Made by a program: the position numbers and the translations under genes
NCBI GenBank assembly: GCA_038245785.1
Contig: JBBRSB010000010.1
Coordinates: forward strand, 60,532-124,531
Length of the DNA: 64,000 nt
Reading direction: 5' to 3'
From: Gloeobacterales cyanobacterium
GTDB lineage: Bacteria; Cyanobacteriota; Cyanobacteriia; Gloeobacterales; PMM-0068
Part shown: piece by piece, positions 1 to 10,639 of the stretch
How the letters are laid out: every line of letters begins with the position of its first letter
How positions within the stretch are numbered: the stretch's first letter is position 1
Notes under the pieces: generated by a model
Databases searched by the model: none
Seen by the model: only the letters and a program-made list of their open reading frames with translations
Told to the model about the DNA's origin: nothing

Positions 1-110
1 GCTGCAGAAAACCCATGTGTTATCTCCATAACTAACAGATCCATCATACATAAGTCTTTTTCCCTTCTCAGTCGCGAACCATACATTGCTTTTTGCGGCC
101 ATCTGAGGGG

Positions 111-731
111 TTAAACCTGCTGGGAAAAGCTATAAACAGAGCGGAATTTCTCCAAAATACAGAAAAAAACTTTTTCGGGAGCTTGTATTCCGTCAATTGC
201 CACTATGCGCGTAGGATAAGCGGCCTGTAAAGCTGCAAAACCATCATGGACACGTCGATGAAAGTCGATACCGCTAAGCTCTAAACGGTCTAGCTCCTCA
301 GTATTTTTCCTGGCAAACCCTACTTCGGGCGGAATATTTAGCCAAAAAGTTAGGTCTGGAAAGAGTCCATCGGTCGCAATAGTATTAAGTTGTTCGATCC
401 ATTCGAGATTGAGCTGCCGACCATAGCCTTGATAGGCCACCGTAGAATCCGTAAATCGGTCACAGAGGACCACCTCTTTTCGCCGTAAGGCAGGGATTAT
501 GACTTCGCCCACGTGCTGAGCGCGGTCTGCACTATAGAGGAGTAGCTCCGCTCGTTTATCCACCGGACTTTGACTTTCTAGCAAAAGATTTCGTACATGC
601 TTTCCCAGAGAAGTTCCCCCTGGCTCCCGGGTGACCACGCAAGGGATAGCTTGGCTGAAGCACCAATCTGCCAGCTTTTTGATTTGCGTGGATTTACCCG
701 CTCCCTCTCCACCTTCAAATGTGACAAACAT
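111..731 (-). CDS. tmk: Thymidylate kinase
   Basis: MFVTFEGGEGAGKST P-loop, TREPGGT and LCDRF motifs; start moved to the ATG at 731. Confidence 0.95.
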   Translation of the reverse strand: MFVTFEGGEGAGKSTQIKKLADWCFSQAIPCVVTREPGGTSLGKHVRNLLLESQSPVDKRAELLLYSADRAQHVGEVIIPALRRKEVVLCDRFTDSTVAYQGYGRQLNLEWIEQLNTIATDGLFPDLTFWLNIPPEVGFARKNTEELDRLELSGIDFHRRVHDGFAALQAAYPTRIVAIDGIQAPEKVFFCILEKFRSVYSFSQQV

Positions 732-797
732 GAAACATCTCTTTACACTTTCAGGAACCTGTGGCAAGATCTCTTATAAGACCCTCAGGTATTATCC

Positions 798-926
798 ATG
801 ACTGCCCAGGCCCTGATCATTTCAGTTGTGGTTAGCCTTGTACTCATCACAGGCTACTCAATTTACACTGCATTCGGACCTCCTTCTAAAGATCTGGAAG
901 ACCCCTATGAAATGCATGAAGATTAA
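798..926 (+). CDS. psbN: Photosystem II assembly protein PsbN (42 aa)
   Basis: Hand translation [57 protein letters not shown]...HED signature; not in ORF track. Confidence 0.95.
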   Translation: MTAQALIISVVVSLVLITGYSIYTAFGPPSKDLEDPYEMHED

Positions 927-954
927 TAAAACCGATATTTAGATAAATCTTTAT

Positions 955-988
955 AAAAAAAGGGCTTGGAGAACCAAGCCCTTTTTTT
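955..988. terminator. Bidirectional intrinsic terminator between convergent psbN and psbT
   Basis: A7-GGGCTTGG-AGAA-CCAAGCCC-T7. Confidence 0.85.
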
Positions 989-989
989 C

Positions 990-1121
990 TTATTTTTCTT
1001 CCTCTTTCTTCTTAACCAAAAACTGATTTGGGTCTTCCCGAAAGAAGATGGCGAAAAACAAAGTACCAAGAATCAGAGCCAGAATGACCGCATAGACGAT
1101 CGTAGTTATACCGCTGTTCAT
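990..1121 (-). CDS. psbT: Photosystem II protein PsbT
   Basis: MNSGITTIVYAVILALILGTLFFAIFFREDP; FFAIFFRE motif, directly downstream of psbB, GGGAG RBS. Confidence 0.9.
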   Translation of the reverse strand: MNSGITTIVYAVILALILGTLFFAIFFREDPNQFLVKKKEEEK

Positions 1122-1187
1122 AGAGCTTTTACTCCCGTTACATACAGGATAAACCCAGCAGAGGGATCTGCTGGGCATATCTTACAG

Positions 1188-2807
1188 TTAGATGACTTCT
1201 TCTTTACGGGTAGAAACGTCCCCGACTTTCTTGAACAAGCCAAATTCAACTTGCTCCATTTCCTGATCGACTCCAGTAAACACATCCAAGAATAGGGTAC
1301 GAGCCCCATGCCAGATATGGCCGAAGAAGAACAGAAGCGCGAATACACCATGACCTAGAGCAAACCAGGTGCGTGGAGAGGCCCGGAAGACCCCATCCGC
1401 AGGGACAGACTCACGGTCAAACTCGAAGATCGAACCTAGCTGGGCACGACGAGCATAGCGCTTCACATCGGCAGGCTCTGAGAAGGTTTTACCATTCAGA
1501 GAACCACCCAAGAAGGAGACGGTTACACCAGTCTGCTCAAAGCTGTATTGAGCTTCAGAGCGTTGGAAAGGAATGTCTGCGCGAACAATCCGGTCTTTAT
1601 CCCGCAGGATGACAGGCTGCGTTTCAAAGAGGGTGTTTAGACGATCAACTTTGACGATGCGTCCTTCTCCATCTTTGAATACAGGATAGCCAAGCCACTG
1701 CTTAGCCAGACCATCACCGTTGTTCATAGGACCTGCACGGAATAAACCACCTTTAGCAGGGTTATTACCGACATAGTCATAGAAACGAAGCTTCAGGTTG
1801 ACCAACTTCTGAGCATCTTCCTCAGTTCTCTTACCGCCTTCAACTAGAACGGTGCGCTCCAGTTGAGTCAGGGGAACTGAAGTGTACGCTTGGGAAGGAG
1901 CAGCACCAGACTTGATGACCGATGCAACGCGGTCATCAAGTTCCTTGTGGAAAATCTCTTCATCCCATTGATAGCGGGTCGGACCAAACAAGTCTGGGGG
2001 AGTAGTTGCTGTTCCGTACCACATGGTTCCTGCCACGACGAAGGCAGCAAAGAAGACTGCGGCAATAGAACTAGCCAACACTGTTTCGATATTTCCCATC
2101 TTCAAAGCGCGGTAAAGCCGCTCTGGAGGACGGAAGAATATATGAAATAGGCCCCCTAGCATCCCAACGAGGCCCGCAGCGACGTGGTGGGCTGCAATAC
2201 CCCCAACGTTGTACGGGTCAAATCCATCAGGTCCCCAGGAGAAACCTGTTGTCTGGACGTGTCCCGTTATCCCTAGAGGATCGGAAACCCACATGCCAAC
2301 GGTTTGAAGGTGAACGGCACCAAAACCAAAACAAACAAGACCAGAGAGAAAAAGATGAATACCGAAAATCTTGGGCAGGTCTAAAACGAGTTCACCCGTA
2401 CGAGAATCACGGAATAGATCGAGGTCCCAGTTCACCCAATGCCAACAAGCAGCTAAGAAGAGTAAACCAGCCAGGACAATGTGTGCTCCAGCGACCCCTT
2501 CAAAGGACCAGAAACCCACATTCGATGTAATTTGATTACCATAGCCATCAGCATTAAACGGTCCGAATACGGACCAGCCCGACCATGAATTCACGACCCC
2601 GAGGCGCGTCATGAAAGGCATGACAAACATGCCCTGCCGCCACATCGGGTTCAAAACAGGGTCATTAGGGTTGTATAGCGCTACTTCATAGAGCGCCATC
2701 GACCCAGCCCAACCTGCCACCAAAGCAGTATGCATGAGGTGTACAGCGATCAGACGACCGGGGTCATTAAGAACTACTGTATGCACCCGATACCAGGGGA
2801 GTCCCAT
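1188..2807 (-). CDS. psbB: Photosystem II CP47 chlorophyll-binding protein
   Basis: [20 protein letters not shown]-terminus, [16 protein letters not shown]. Confidence 0.99.
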   Translation of the reverse strand: MGLPWYRVHTVVLNDPGRLIAVHLMHTALVAGWAGSMALYEVALYNPNDPVLNPMWRQGMFVMPFMTRLGVVNSWSGWSVFGPFNADGYGNQITSNVGFWSFEGVAGAHIVLAGLLFLAACWHWVNWDLDLFRDSRTGELVLDLPKIFGIHLFLSGLVCFGFGAVHLQTVGMWVSDPLGITGHVQTTGFSWGPDGFDPYNVGGIAAHHVAAGLVGMLGGLFHIFFRPPERLYRALKMGNIETVLASSIAAVFFAAFVVAGTMWYGTATTPPDLFGPTRYQWDEEIFHKELDDRVASVIKSGAAPSQAYTSVPLTQLERTVLVEGGKRTEEDAQKLVNLKLRFYDYVGNNPAKGGLFRAGPMNNGDGLAKQWLGYPVFKDGEGRIVKVDRLNTLFETQPVILRDKDRIVRADIPFQRSEAQYSFEQTGVTVSFLGGSLNGKTFSEPADVKRYARRAQLGSIFEFDRESVPADGVFRASPRTWFALGHGVFALLFFFGHIWHGARTLFLDVFTGVDQEMEQVEFGLFKKVGDVSTRKEEVI

Positions 2808-3090
2808 GGGTTGTGCTTCCTCCTAACGTACGTCAACGAATTTTTCTTGCTTTTCTTAAGGAAACGCCAGCGCTGTTTGGTCGAATCGAAGTCTTTAGAA
2901 TGGCTTCCATTTTGGATAAAACAGTATAAAGAAGTGTAACCACAACTCAGCATTCCCGCAACCTTTTGCCGCAAGAGTTTTGTGCTTTATGCAGACTAGG
3001 GATCAATAGGAATTCGCGCTATTTTCTTTACAAAAATTTACCAGAGGGTGATGATTGTAAGTAGAGAAGTCTATTTATCAAAAAGGACCT

Positions 3091-3489
3091 ATGAAAAACG
3101 CAGATTCTCCTGACACCTCAGAATCCTCTTCTGCTCCTCTTCCCCGCAATGAAGAATCGATTTTCCAGGCTCCTGCTCCTACACTTCAGACGTTCACCGT
3201 CCGCTATCCAGACCGAAATATGGAAGCTCCTGTTCAAGAAGGAGAGGCTCTACGGGATGCGATTCGTGAGCATGGGGTCCCTTTGTATACGTTTATCAAT
3301 AACCTCCGCAACTGTAACGGGGGTGGCCAATGCGGTACCTGTTTTGTAGAAGTTTTAGAGGGTATGGACAATCTCTCACCGCGCACCATTGCCGAGCAAC
3401 GCCTCCTTAAGCGTCGTTCTGAAAATTGCCGTTTATCTTGTCAAGCGCTGATTTACGGAGATGTTGCTATCCGGACACAGCCTAAGTAA
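3091..3489 (+). CDS. 2Fe-2S ferredoxin-like protein
   Basis: NCNGGGQCGTC ... RLSCQ cysteine pattern; usual neighbour of psbM. Confidence 0.9.
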   Translation: MKNADSPDTSESSSAPLPRNEESIFQAPAPTLQTFTVRYPDRNMEAPVQEGEALRDAIREHGVPLYTFINNLRNCNGGGQCGTCFVEVLEGMDNLSPRTIAEQRLLKRRSENCRLSCQALIYGDVAIRTQPK

Positions 3490-3559
3490 GGTCTAGAGGG
3501 CTCAGGAGACCTCAGGGATGGTATCCTGTGTAGCGATGTGGTCTTAGGGGGTCTGTTTG

Positions 3560-3655
3560 ATGAATGCTATTCCACTATTGGCAGTCGTCTTGCTTATTGT
3601 TATTCCGGTTGCTTTCCTTCTGGTTATCTGGCTACAAAGCGATAACCGTCGCTAG
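3560..3655 (+). CDS. psbM: Photosystem II protein PsbM (31 aa, divergent)
   Basis: MNAIPLLAVVLLIVIPVAFLLVIWLQSDNRR; single TM with P..FL....Q pattern, downstream of the 2Fe-2S gene as in other cyanobacteria. Confidence 0.75.
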   Translation: MNAIPLLAVVLLIVIPVAFLLVIWLQSDNRR

Positions 3656-3681
3656 AAAAATTTTGAAGCTGTATGCAAAAC

Positions 3682-3709
3682 AAAAAAACGGTCTGAAAGG
3701 CCGTTTTTT
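3682..3709. terminator. Bidirectional terminator between psbM and psbJ
   Basis: AAAAAAACGGTC-TGAAA-GGCCGTTTTTT hairpin with A and T tracts. Confidence 0.75.
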
Positions 3710-3751
3710 CATATCTATGTTTGCGGTGACTTATGGCGGATCTGGCCTTAC

Positions 3752-3862
3752 CTAGGCGGAACCGACCCCTACATAAGAACCGTAGATAAATATGCCAAGG
3801 ATGGTTAGCACAGCCACCCCAGCAACAGTACCCAACAACCACAACGGAATACGGTCTGGCAT
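3752..3862 (-). CDS. psbJ: Photosystem II protein PsbJ
   Basis: [41 protein letters not shown] and YGSY.G.GS motifs. Confidence 0.95.
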   Translation of the reverse strand: MPDRIPLWLLGTVAGVAVLTILGIFIYGSYVGVGSA

Positions 3863-3876
3863 TTCCTTAAGCGCTC

Positions 3877-4014
3877 CTAACCGAGAATGTAACTAGAAAA
3901 CAACAACGTTACTACTAAAACGAGAAGCAGACCCCAGTACAGAGAGGTCCGGTTTAGCTCTACCTTTGGACGATTGGGTACAGAGCTAGGTACATTAGAA
4001 CGACGGTCAGCCAC
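3877..4014 (-). CDS. psbL: Photosystem II protein PsbL
   Basis: GTG start; [14 protein letters not shown]...LFSSY motif. Confidence 0.95.
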   Translation of the reverse strand: MADRRSNVPSSVPNRPKVELNRTSLYWGLLLVLVVTLLFSSYILG

Positions 4015-4023
4015 GGATATCAC

Positions 4024-4176
4024 CTATTTTTGAAGAAACTGCATAGCGGTCAAAGCCCCAAAGAAGAATACCGTAGGAATGGCTAGGGCATGAATAGAAA
4101 ACCAACGCACTGTAAACACAGGATAAGTTACAGGCTGCACATTCTTACGTTTTTGGGATGGATTGGAAGAGGTCAT
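4024..4176 (-). CDS. psbF: Cytochrome b559 beta subunit
   Basis: [30 protein letters not shown]. Confidence 0.97.
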   Translation of the reverse strand: MTSSNPSQKRKNVQPVTYPVFTVRWFSIHALAIPTVFFFGALTAMQFLQK

Positions 4177-4219
4177 ACTTTTTGCTCCTTGTTTGAACTG
4201 CGCTTGAACTACGCCCTAA

Positions 4220-4471
4220 TTATTTCTTTTCGACAGACTCGATTTGCTTAGCACCTTCGTAGCGCTTATCTACGATCGGCTTACGCTCTCCATCCTTGGT
4301 GTAGTACTCACTAGGACGGGGGGTACCAAAAGCATCATAAGCAAGACCAGTCGTCACAAAAAGGACGCCGCTGGCAAAAAGAATGGCTAAGGCTGGGACG
4401 TGGATCAACCAATACCGCGTACTGGTGACAATGTCACTCAAAGGACGCTCGCCCGTACTACGTGTGGACAT
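4220..4471 (-). CDS. psbE: Cytochrome b559 alpha subunit
   Basis: STGERP..DIVTSTRYWLIH, TGLAYDAFGTPRP. Confidence 0.97.
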   Translation of the reverse strand: MSTRSTGERPLSDIVTSTRYWLIHVPALAILFASGVLFVTTGLAYDAFGTPRPSEYYTKDGERKPIVDKRYEGAKQIESVEKK

Positions 4472-4580
4472 AGAAGACTACCTCTCTACCCTTAGATGAA
4501 TGCTAAATAACTGCGTATTATAAAGCTCACACAGCTTAACACAATGATATAGACCGTTCATAAACGGTGCAATACCTTTT

Positions 4581-5642
4581 TTAGCTCGGTTGAATTTGAC
4601 TCTGGTAGTGCAGCAGAGCGCCATTCTGTCCAAGGACGATACCCGCCTTTTTATCAGGACTGAAAATAATGCGATAGAGGTTGCGTTTTAGCTCTAGGGG
4701 AGCACTCTTCCAGGTTGCACCCGAGTCTAGGGAAACATAAAGCGTTCCATTGCCGCCTGCTGCCCAAAGTGTTTTATCGTCTACATAAGCAACGTCTTGG
4801 AGCGTAACACCACTAGCCGAGTCCGGAGTTACAGAACGGTCCCAGGTTTTCCCTGCATCTTTACTGAACTGAATATTGCCCCCTTGAATTACAACCCATC
4901 CGTTGGTAGGAGAGACAAAGCCTAGATTTTCAATTCGACGAGACGTTTTGCGTTCAAAGAACTGCCATTTGTCCTGCCCAGGCTTCCATTGAGCGTAGGA
5001 AACTCCTCGTGTAGACACCGCCCAATACGTCCCATCCGCTAAACGCTGCACACTCTTTATGCCCCCGGCGTTGGACGGAGTGTAGAGCTGCCAGCTCTTT
5101 CCGGCATCCTGGGTCCGATAGACAACGCCTACATCAGTAAACATCTCTGCGGTCTTAGGTGCTGTGGCCGTAATCAGTAAAGGGCTACCGGGTAAACGTT
5201 TGTTTAGCGCAATTTGGAACCAAGTTTTACCACCATCTGTGGTGTGCATGAGAATTCTGGGGTTGCCGACTATCCAGCCTTCCTGCGCTCCAGCAAAACT
5301 AATCGATAAAAATCGAGGTTGTATCGATTCAGCTTTTGTCTCTCCAGCTCCACCCTCTTCTTTTGGGGTTGTATCTTTAGCTTTAGGAATCGAAATTTGC
5401 TTTGACTTCCAAGTTTTGCCACCATCTTCTGTCTGAAGAACCGTACCCTTGGCACCTACGACCCAGGCCGTCTTACTGTCCAGAAATTGGCCATCAATCA
5501 GATCCGCATCTAACTTCAAATTAGAAACCGGAGTCCAGGGGTTCTTCTCTAAGGTTGGAGCGAAGCTACAGGAAGCCAGGACTAGGGAACTCAACACAAC
5601 CACAGCCCCACTACGGAAGGCTTCGAATGGACGAATACACAT
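4581..5642 (-). CDS. ycf48: PSII assembly factor Ycf48/HCF136 (lipoprotein)
   Basis: LASC lipobox, repeated BNR/Asp-box motifs (T.DGGKTW), position between rubA and psbE. Confidence 0.93.
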   Translation of the reverse strand: MCIRPFEAFRSGAVVVLSSLVLASCSFAPTLEKNPWTPVSNLKLDADLIDGQFLDSKTAWVVGAKGTVLQTEDGGKTWKSKQISIPKAKDTTPKEEGGAGETKAESIQPRFLSISFAGAQEGWIVGNPRILMHTTDGGKTWFQIALNKRLPGSPLLITATAPKTAEMFTDVGVVYRTQDAGKSWQLYTPSNAGGIKSVQRLADGTYWAVSTRGVSYAQWKPGQDKWQFFERKTSRRIENLGFVSPTNGWVVIQGGNIQFSKDAGKTWDRSVTPDSASGVTLQDVAYVDDKTLWAAGGNGTLYVSLDSGATWKSAPLELKRNLYRIIFSPDKKAGIVLGQNGALLHYQSQIQPS

Positions 5643-5645
5643 AGC

Positions 5646-5981
5646 CTAATTTCCCCAGAGATAAATGCTCATCAAAAATAAAATGCCTAAGAATAGTCCC
5701 CCAAAGATGACAAGGCTTCTAGTTTGGCCTGACACCTTATTGAGGCCCAAACCATAGCCTGCATTTTCAGTGAAGCCCACGGTGTTGCCTTCTCTAGGAC
5801 CGATATTGCCAAATTTAGAAACTGGGGCGCGACAGTTTGGGCATCGCCAATCGGAAGGTAGCTGGGCGAAAGGAGTCCCTGGGACGATATTACCTTTCCT
5901 GTCCCCTTCTGAGGGCTCATACACATAGCCGCAGGTGCGACATTCGTGTCGGTCTAGCTGTGCTGCATCAGGCGCACTCAT
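5646..5981 (-). CDS. rubA: Membrane-anchored rubredoxin
   Basis: ECRTCGYVY...WRCPNC plus C-terminal TM helix; rubA-ycf48-psbEFLJ synteny. Confidence 0.95.
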   Translation of the reverse strand: MSAPDAAQLDRHECRTCGYVYEPSEGDRKGNIVPGTPFAQLPSDWRCPNCRAPVSKFGNIGPREGNTVGFTENAGYGLGLNKVSGQTRSLVIFGGLFLGILFLMSIYLWGN

Positions 5982-6039
5982 AGAAATCTTCTTGAAGAAT
6001 CTTTACATTTCATATATCCACTTTAGGATATTACGGGGC

Positions 6040-6804
6040 CTATGGAGTAGGCTTCTTCTCCCAGGTGTGCTCAGACCGTGGAGAACGAATACCACCAGGG
6101 CTACTAGGACCACTGGGACGCTGACCTGGCCTGCCCGTAAATTTTTTCGGGGGCAATGCTGCTACAAATCTTGCTTTAAGCAGGGATAGCTTCTCTCCTT
6201 CTCTACGCACCTCAAAATCCCAGAACTTGTTGCGTGCGTTTTCTGGAATTGCGCCTTCAATCCGCAGCTTAAAGGCTTTACCCAATTTATTTTTTTTCTT
6301 CTGCTGACGGATCTTAATCAGAGCGTAGTGCTCATCGCGGGAATAAAAGACGACTTCTCCACGAATCGAGAAAAAGCCGTCAAGTGTGCTTGCTTCAGGA
6401 GAAGCAGGAGGCTCCTCGACCACATGAAGCGTGCCTTCTGGAGACCATACCCCAATAATTTGGGCATGTAGACCTCCGGTCTCTCGGGTGCGGGGATACA
6501 CCACCCATAAATATTCTTGGCTGAGGTCTAGATGGTTACGCACAAGGCTTATGACCCGACCCATAAGTACCGCATCAACCACCACATTATCGCTAGTGGT
6601 AAGCGTACCTTGAGTAATTTTTTCCACATCTTCAGCAGGATTTTCGGGAGATTGTTCTGGGTCTTTGGGGCCTTCCTCTGCGCTATAGGGCTTATAAACT
6701 CCCCGTAGCAATCCGATAGCTCGGTGTTGGAGAGCTTCAGTCGGAACGGGAAAGGGTTGTGCAGGAGAAGTGCGTTCTGCAAAAGGAGCTTCTGGCAAAG
6801 TCAT
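6040..6804 (-). CDS. Conserved cyanobacterial hypothetical protein
   Basis: 254 aa ORF with a LWVVYPRTR motif, co-oriented with rubA. Confidence 0.7.
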   Translation of the reverse strand: MTLPEAPFAERTSPAQPFPVPTEALQHRAIGLLRGVYKPYSAEEGPKDPEQSPENPAEDVEKITQGTLTTSDNVVVDAVLMGRVISLVRNHLDLSQEYLWVVYPRTRETGGLHAQIIGVWSPEGTLHVVEEPPASPEASTLDGFFSIRGEVVFYSRDEHYALIKIRQQKKKNKLGKAFKLRIEGAIPENARNKFWDFEVRREGEKLSLLKARFVAALPPKKFTGRPGQRPSGPSSPGGIRSPRSEHTWEKKPTP

Positions 6805-6917
6805 GAGGCTGAGATAGGGGAAATCTTCTTCTGGAGTATAGCCGTCTTTGCTTTCCTATGCCTCTCTCTAAGCGATAATGGCAGGGTGAACGGTTTTAAT
6901 TATTTGGGATATGGCCT

Positions 6918-7622
6918 TTGACTAGTAAGAATCAGCAGCGCAAAACCTTTTTTACCGTAGCCATTGGCCTCATTCTTTTTGCCTTTGTCGGAGCACCTCT
7001 CATCCCCGTGGTTGTGGGATTTTTCTCCCAAGTGAATGCTCCTCCTGCTGCTTCGCAGGTTGGGGATGTGACCAAGCTTCAGCAGCAGGCACAAGGCTAT
7101 GAAACGGTTCTAAAGCGAGAACCCAATAATTTGAATGCTTTGCAAAATCTTGTAGATCTGCGCTTACAGATGGGGCAACCAGCTCAAGCAGCAGAACTTT
7201 TGGAACGAGCGCATAAACTCAATCCGGATAACCCCAACATCCTGGGGGCTCTAGCTCAGCTACGCATCCAAACGGGTCAATCGGCCCAGGCCATTGAGCT
7301 TTGGGGACGCGCACGCAAACTCAATCCAGCCGACCCTCGTTACACCCTCTCCATTGGTGACACCTATCTCAAGACCAACCAATTTGATAAAGCATCCGTG
7401 GAATACGACAAACTCCTAGCTATCTCTGAGGACTATGTTCCGGCGCTCGTCGGTAAAGGGAGCGCTTTGCAAGGCATGGGAAAAGGAAAAGAAGCCCAGG
7501 TGCAGTTTGACAAAGCGATTAAAGTGGCTCCTCCAGAGATGAAACAAAAAATTAAAGAAATTGCGCTCAAAAATGCAGCGAAGACTTCCGCTGCACCTTC
7601 AACAGCGCCCAGCAAGAAGTAG
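6918..7622 (+). CDS. TPR-repeat membrane-anchored protein
   Basis: N-terminal TM helix and tandem TPR-like repeats (A..L.P.NP). Confidence 0.85.
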   Translation: MTSKNQQRKTFFTVAIGLILFAFVGAPLIPVVVGFFSQVNAPPAASQVGDVTKLQQQAQGYETVLKREPNNLNALQNLVDLRLQMGQPAQAAELLERAHKLNPDNPNILGALAQLRIQTGQSAQAIELWGRARKLNPADPRYTLSIGDTYLKTNQFDKASVEYDKLLAISEDYVPALVGKGSALQGMGKGKEAQVQFDKAIKVAPPEMKQKIKEIALKNAAKTSAAPSTAPSKK

Positions 7623-7623
7623 T

Positions 7624-10179
7624 TCAAATTACAAAATTTACCAGCTTTTTCGGAACCACAATTGTTTTACGAATCGTGGCATCGACCAAGTAACGTTGTC
7701 CTGCTTCAGAAATGCGGGCTAGCTCTTCCTGTTGCTCTTTAGAAACATCAGCGGCTGTCTCAAAAGTTCCACGGGTCTTGCCATTGATCTGTACCACAAT
7801 TGTCACCGTGTCAGCCACGAGCGCAGAGGAGTCAAGCATGGGCCAAGATTGGCTATGAATGCCTTGGGTGTCAGAGGTTAATTCATTCCAAAGTTCTTCC
7901 GCCAAGTGCGGAGCGAAAGGAGCCAAGAGTAACAGTAACGTTTCCAGGCCTTCCCGATAAACCCCAGAACCACGGAGCGCTTTGGCATCGGAGAGAGCAT
8001 TGGTAAGAATCATTAGTTCTGAGATGGCGGTGTTGAACTGATAATTCTCTTCCACATCTTCAGTAACTTCTTTGATGGCCGTGTGGATTGCCCGTCTGAG
8101 ATTCCTCTCTGCTTTCGGGTCTGGAGCCATATGAGTCTCTGCAGCATCAACATATTCCTGCACCAAACGCCACACGCGGCTGAGGAAACGTGATTGACCC
8201 TCTACATCTGCCTCCGCCCATTCCAATTCTTTCTCCGGCGGAGCCTTGAACAGAATGAACATCCGTGCTGTGTCTGCCCCATAGGTGGCGATGACTTCAT
8301 CCGGAGAAACGCCGTTGTACTTGGACTTTGACATGGTTTTGTAGGAACCGACCAAGGCTTCCCCGGTTTCGGGATCTTTGGGATCATTGGCGTCGACCTT
8401 GGCAGAGGGAATCCACTGGGCGTTGCCGCTCTTGTTCGGATTCACATAGGTCCAGCCCTGCACCATTCCTTGGGTTAACAGACGTTGGAACGGTTCATCA
8501 AAGTTCAATAGGCCACGGTCACGCAGGACTTTGGTAAAAAAGCGGGAATAGAGTAAGTGCAAAATCGCGTGTTCTATCCCTCCCACGTACTGGTCCACTG
8601 GCAGCCAATGATTGACTTGATCGGAGTCAAATGGCTTGGCTGTATTTTTGGCATCGCTGAAGCGCAGGTAATACCAGGAAGAGTCAATGAACGTATCCAT
8701 AGTGTCAGTTTCTCGCTTGGCATCTCCCCCGCAGGTAGGGCAGGTCGTATAGACGAAACTTTCCACTTTTGCCAAAGAAGAACCCCCACGCCCAGAGAGT
8801 TCAAAATCTTCGGGCAAGAGCACAGGTAGCTGCTCATCCGGCACAGGCACAAGACCACAACTCGGACAGTGCACAATCGGAATCGGACATCCCCAATAGC
8901 GTTGACGAGAAATGAGCCAGTCCCGCAAACGGTACTGAATTTGCTCTTTGCCCCAACCCTGCGCTTCGGCATACGCCGTAATTTCTTTTTTCGCCTTTGG
9001 AGATTCCACGCCGTCAAAGGAACCGGAATTTATCAGAACGCCGGGGTCCGTATAGGCTGCGTCAGTCATCGCATCTTTTTCTGGAGCCGTGACCACCGGA
9101 ATGATGGGCAGACCATACTGAGTAGCAAACTGATAGTCTCGTGTGTCATGAGCAGGCACACCCATCACCGCGCCCGTTCCGTATTCAAAAAGCACGTAGT
9201 CTGCAATCCAAATCGGGATTTCTTTGCCATCGAAAGGATTAATGGCCACTCCTCCCGTGGGCACTCCTTGTTTCGGACGGTCCTCCGCCATTCGGTCTAT
9301 TTCTGATTCACTGGTGACTTTTTGAACAAAGGTGTCTACCGTAGCTTTTTGGTCTGTGCTCGTGACCTGCGCGACCAAGGGATGCTCTGGAGCCAGCACG
9401 ACATAACTTACGCCATAGACCGTATCAGGCCTAGTGGTATAGACAGGGATCTTCTCCGTCCTATCTTTAATTAGAAATTCCAGGTACGCTCCTGTCGATT
9501 TTCCAATCCAGTTTTCCTGCATCACTTTGACCCGTTCAGGCCAGTGGGGGAGTTTTTGCAGATCTTGGAGCAATTCTTCGGCATAATCGGTGATTTTGAA
9601 AAACCACTGCTCTAAGGGACGTTTTTCCACCTTCGCGCCAGAACGCCAGGAGCGGCCTTCCCCATCGACTTGTTCATTGGCCAAAACGGTCTGGTCAACA
9701 GGGTCCCAATTGACGACAGCGGCTTTACGGTATGCCAAACCAGCATCAAAGAATTCTAAAAACAGTTTTTGGGTCCAGCGATAATAATCGGGAGAACAGG
9801 TCGCCAATTCGCGGTCCCAATCATAGGAAAGTCCTAAGGGCTGAAGCTGTTTCTTCATCTGAGCCATGTTGCTATAGGTCCAGGTCCGAGGATGAATCCC
9901 CCGGTCCAAGGCAGCATTTTCTGCCGGAAGTCCAAAAGCATCCCAACCCATCGGGTGCAGCACGTTGTACCCCTGCATCCGTCGATAGCGGGCCAACACA
10001 TCCGTAATCGTATAGTTCCGCACATGGCCCATATGCAGGTCCCCAGAGGGATAGGGAAACATCGACAGGGCATAGTACTTAGGCTTGCTGGAATCTTCGC
10101 TGGCCTTGTACAGCCCTTGCTCCTCCCACTGCCTCTGCCATTTGGGTTCTATCGCTTTGGGGTTATACTTCGCGTCCAC
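7624..10179 (-). CDS. leuS: Leucine--tRNA ligase
   Basis: [13 protein letters not shown] (HIGH) and TMSKSK (KMSKS) motifs. Confidence 0.98.
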   Translation of the reverse strand: MDAKYNPKAIEPKWQRQWEEQGLYKASEDSSKPKYYALSMFPYPSGDLHMGHVRNYTITDVLARYRRMQGYNVLHPMGWDAFGLPAENAALDRGIHPRTWTYSNMAQMKKQLQPLGLSYDWDRELATCSPDYYRWTQKLFLEFFDAGLAYRKAAVVNWDPVDQTVLANEQVDGEGRSWRSGAKVEKRPLEQWFFKITDYAEELLQDLQKLPHWPERVKVMQENWIGKSTGAYLEFLIKDRTEKIPVYTTRPDTVYGVSYVVLAPEHPLVAQVTSTDQKATVDTFVQKVTSESEIDRMAEDRPKQGVPTGGVAINPFDGKEIPIWIADYVLFEYGTGAVMGVPAHDTRDYQFATQYGLPIIPVVTAPEKDAMTDAAYTDPGVLINSGSFDGVESPKAKKEITAYAEAQGWGKEQIQYRLRDWLISRQRYWGCPIPIVHCPSCGLVPVPDEQLPVLLPEDFELSGRGGSSLAKVESFVYTTCPTCGGDAKRETDTMDTFIDSSWYYLRFSDAKNTAKPFDSDQVNHWLPVDQYVGGIEHAILHLLYSRFFTKVLRDRGLLNFDEPFQRLLTQGMVQGWTYVNPNKSGNAQWIPSAKVDANDPKDPETGEALVGSYKTMSKSKYNGVSPDEVIATYGADTARMFILFKAPPEKELEWAEADVEGQSRFLSRVWRLVQEYVDAAETHMAPDPKAERNLRRAIHTAIKEVTEDVEENYQFNTAISELMILTNALSDAKALRGSGVYREGLETLLLLLAPFAPHLAEELWNELTSDTQGIHSQSWPMLDSSALVADTVTIVVQINGKTRGTFETAADVSKEQQEELARISEAGQRYLVDATIRKTIVVPKKLVNFVI

Positions 10180-10246
10180 GGTGATTTTCTCCTAGCCCGG
10201 TACAATAAGCCAACTGTTTACCTATTTTGTCCTAAGGACGTCCTAA

Positions 10247-10630
10247 ATGCCTGATTGGAAACCTGGAGATCCCCTACCAGAGGCTCAGAATGCACGAATA
10301 GACTCCAAAAAATTTTACGAGTACTCGATGAATCCAGATCATCCACAAAATAAAGGTAAGTGGAAGGCATTTGAGCAGATTGGATAGGATGTACATACTC
10401 CACAAGAGCGAAGCAACGGATCTCAAAACTTAATCGAACAACTCCGTCTAAGCCTACAGAATGTTTCAGCAAATAAAGGCAAAGATAGTACACATGGCTC
10501 TTGCTTTGAAGTTCGAGTAAAGGTTAGAGGACCAAATGAAAAGGAAGGAACCCTTGTTACCATTTGGCAAGTTGATAAAGGTACAAGTTTTCCTAAGCTG
10601 GTTACAAACTGGATTGAAGTGAGTAAGTAA
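10247..10630 (+). pseudogene. DUF6883-like protein interrupted by an in-frame TAG at 10385-10387
   Basis: Hand translation MPDWKPGDPLPEAQNARIDSKKFYEYSMNPDHPQNKGKWKAFEQIG*DVH...HGSCFEVRVKVRGPNEKEGTLVTIWQVDKGTSFPKLVTNW; missed by the ORF track. Confidence 0.7.
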
Positions 10631-10639
10631 CACAAGAAA

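Noticed and set aside
1..60. Possible psbH or other gene start at the window edge
   Set aside because: The minus-strand translations (MYDGSVSY..., MMDLLVME...) do not resemble PsbH and are too short to call.
3027..3044. HLR1-like repeat TTTACAAA-aa-TTTACCAG between psbB and the ferredoxin gene
   Set aside because: Plausible, but it is a degenerate AT-rich match with no TSS support, so it was not called as a feature.
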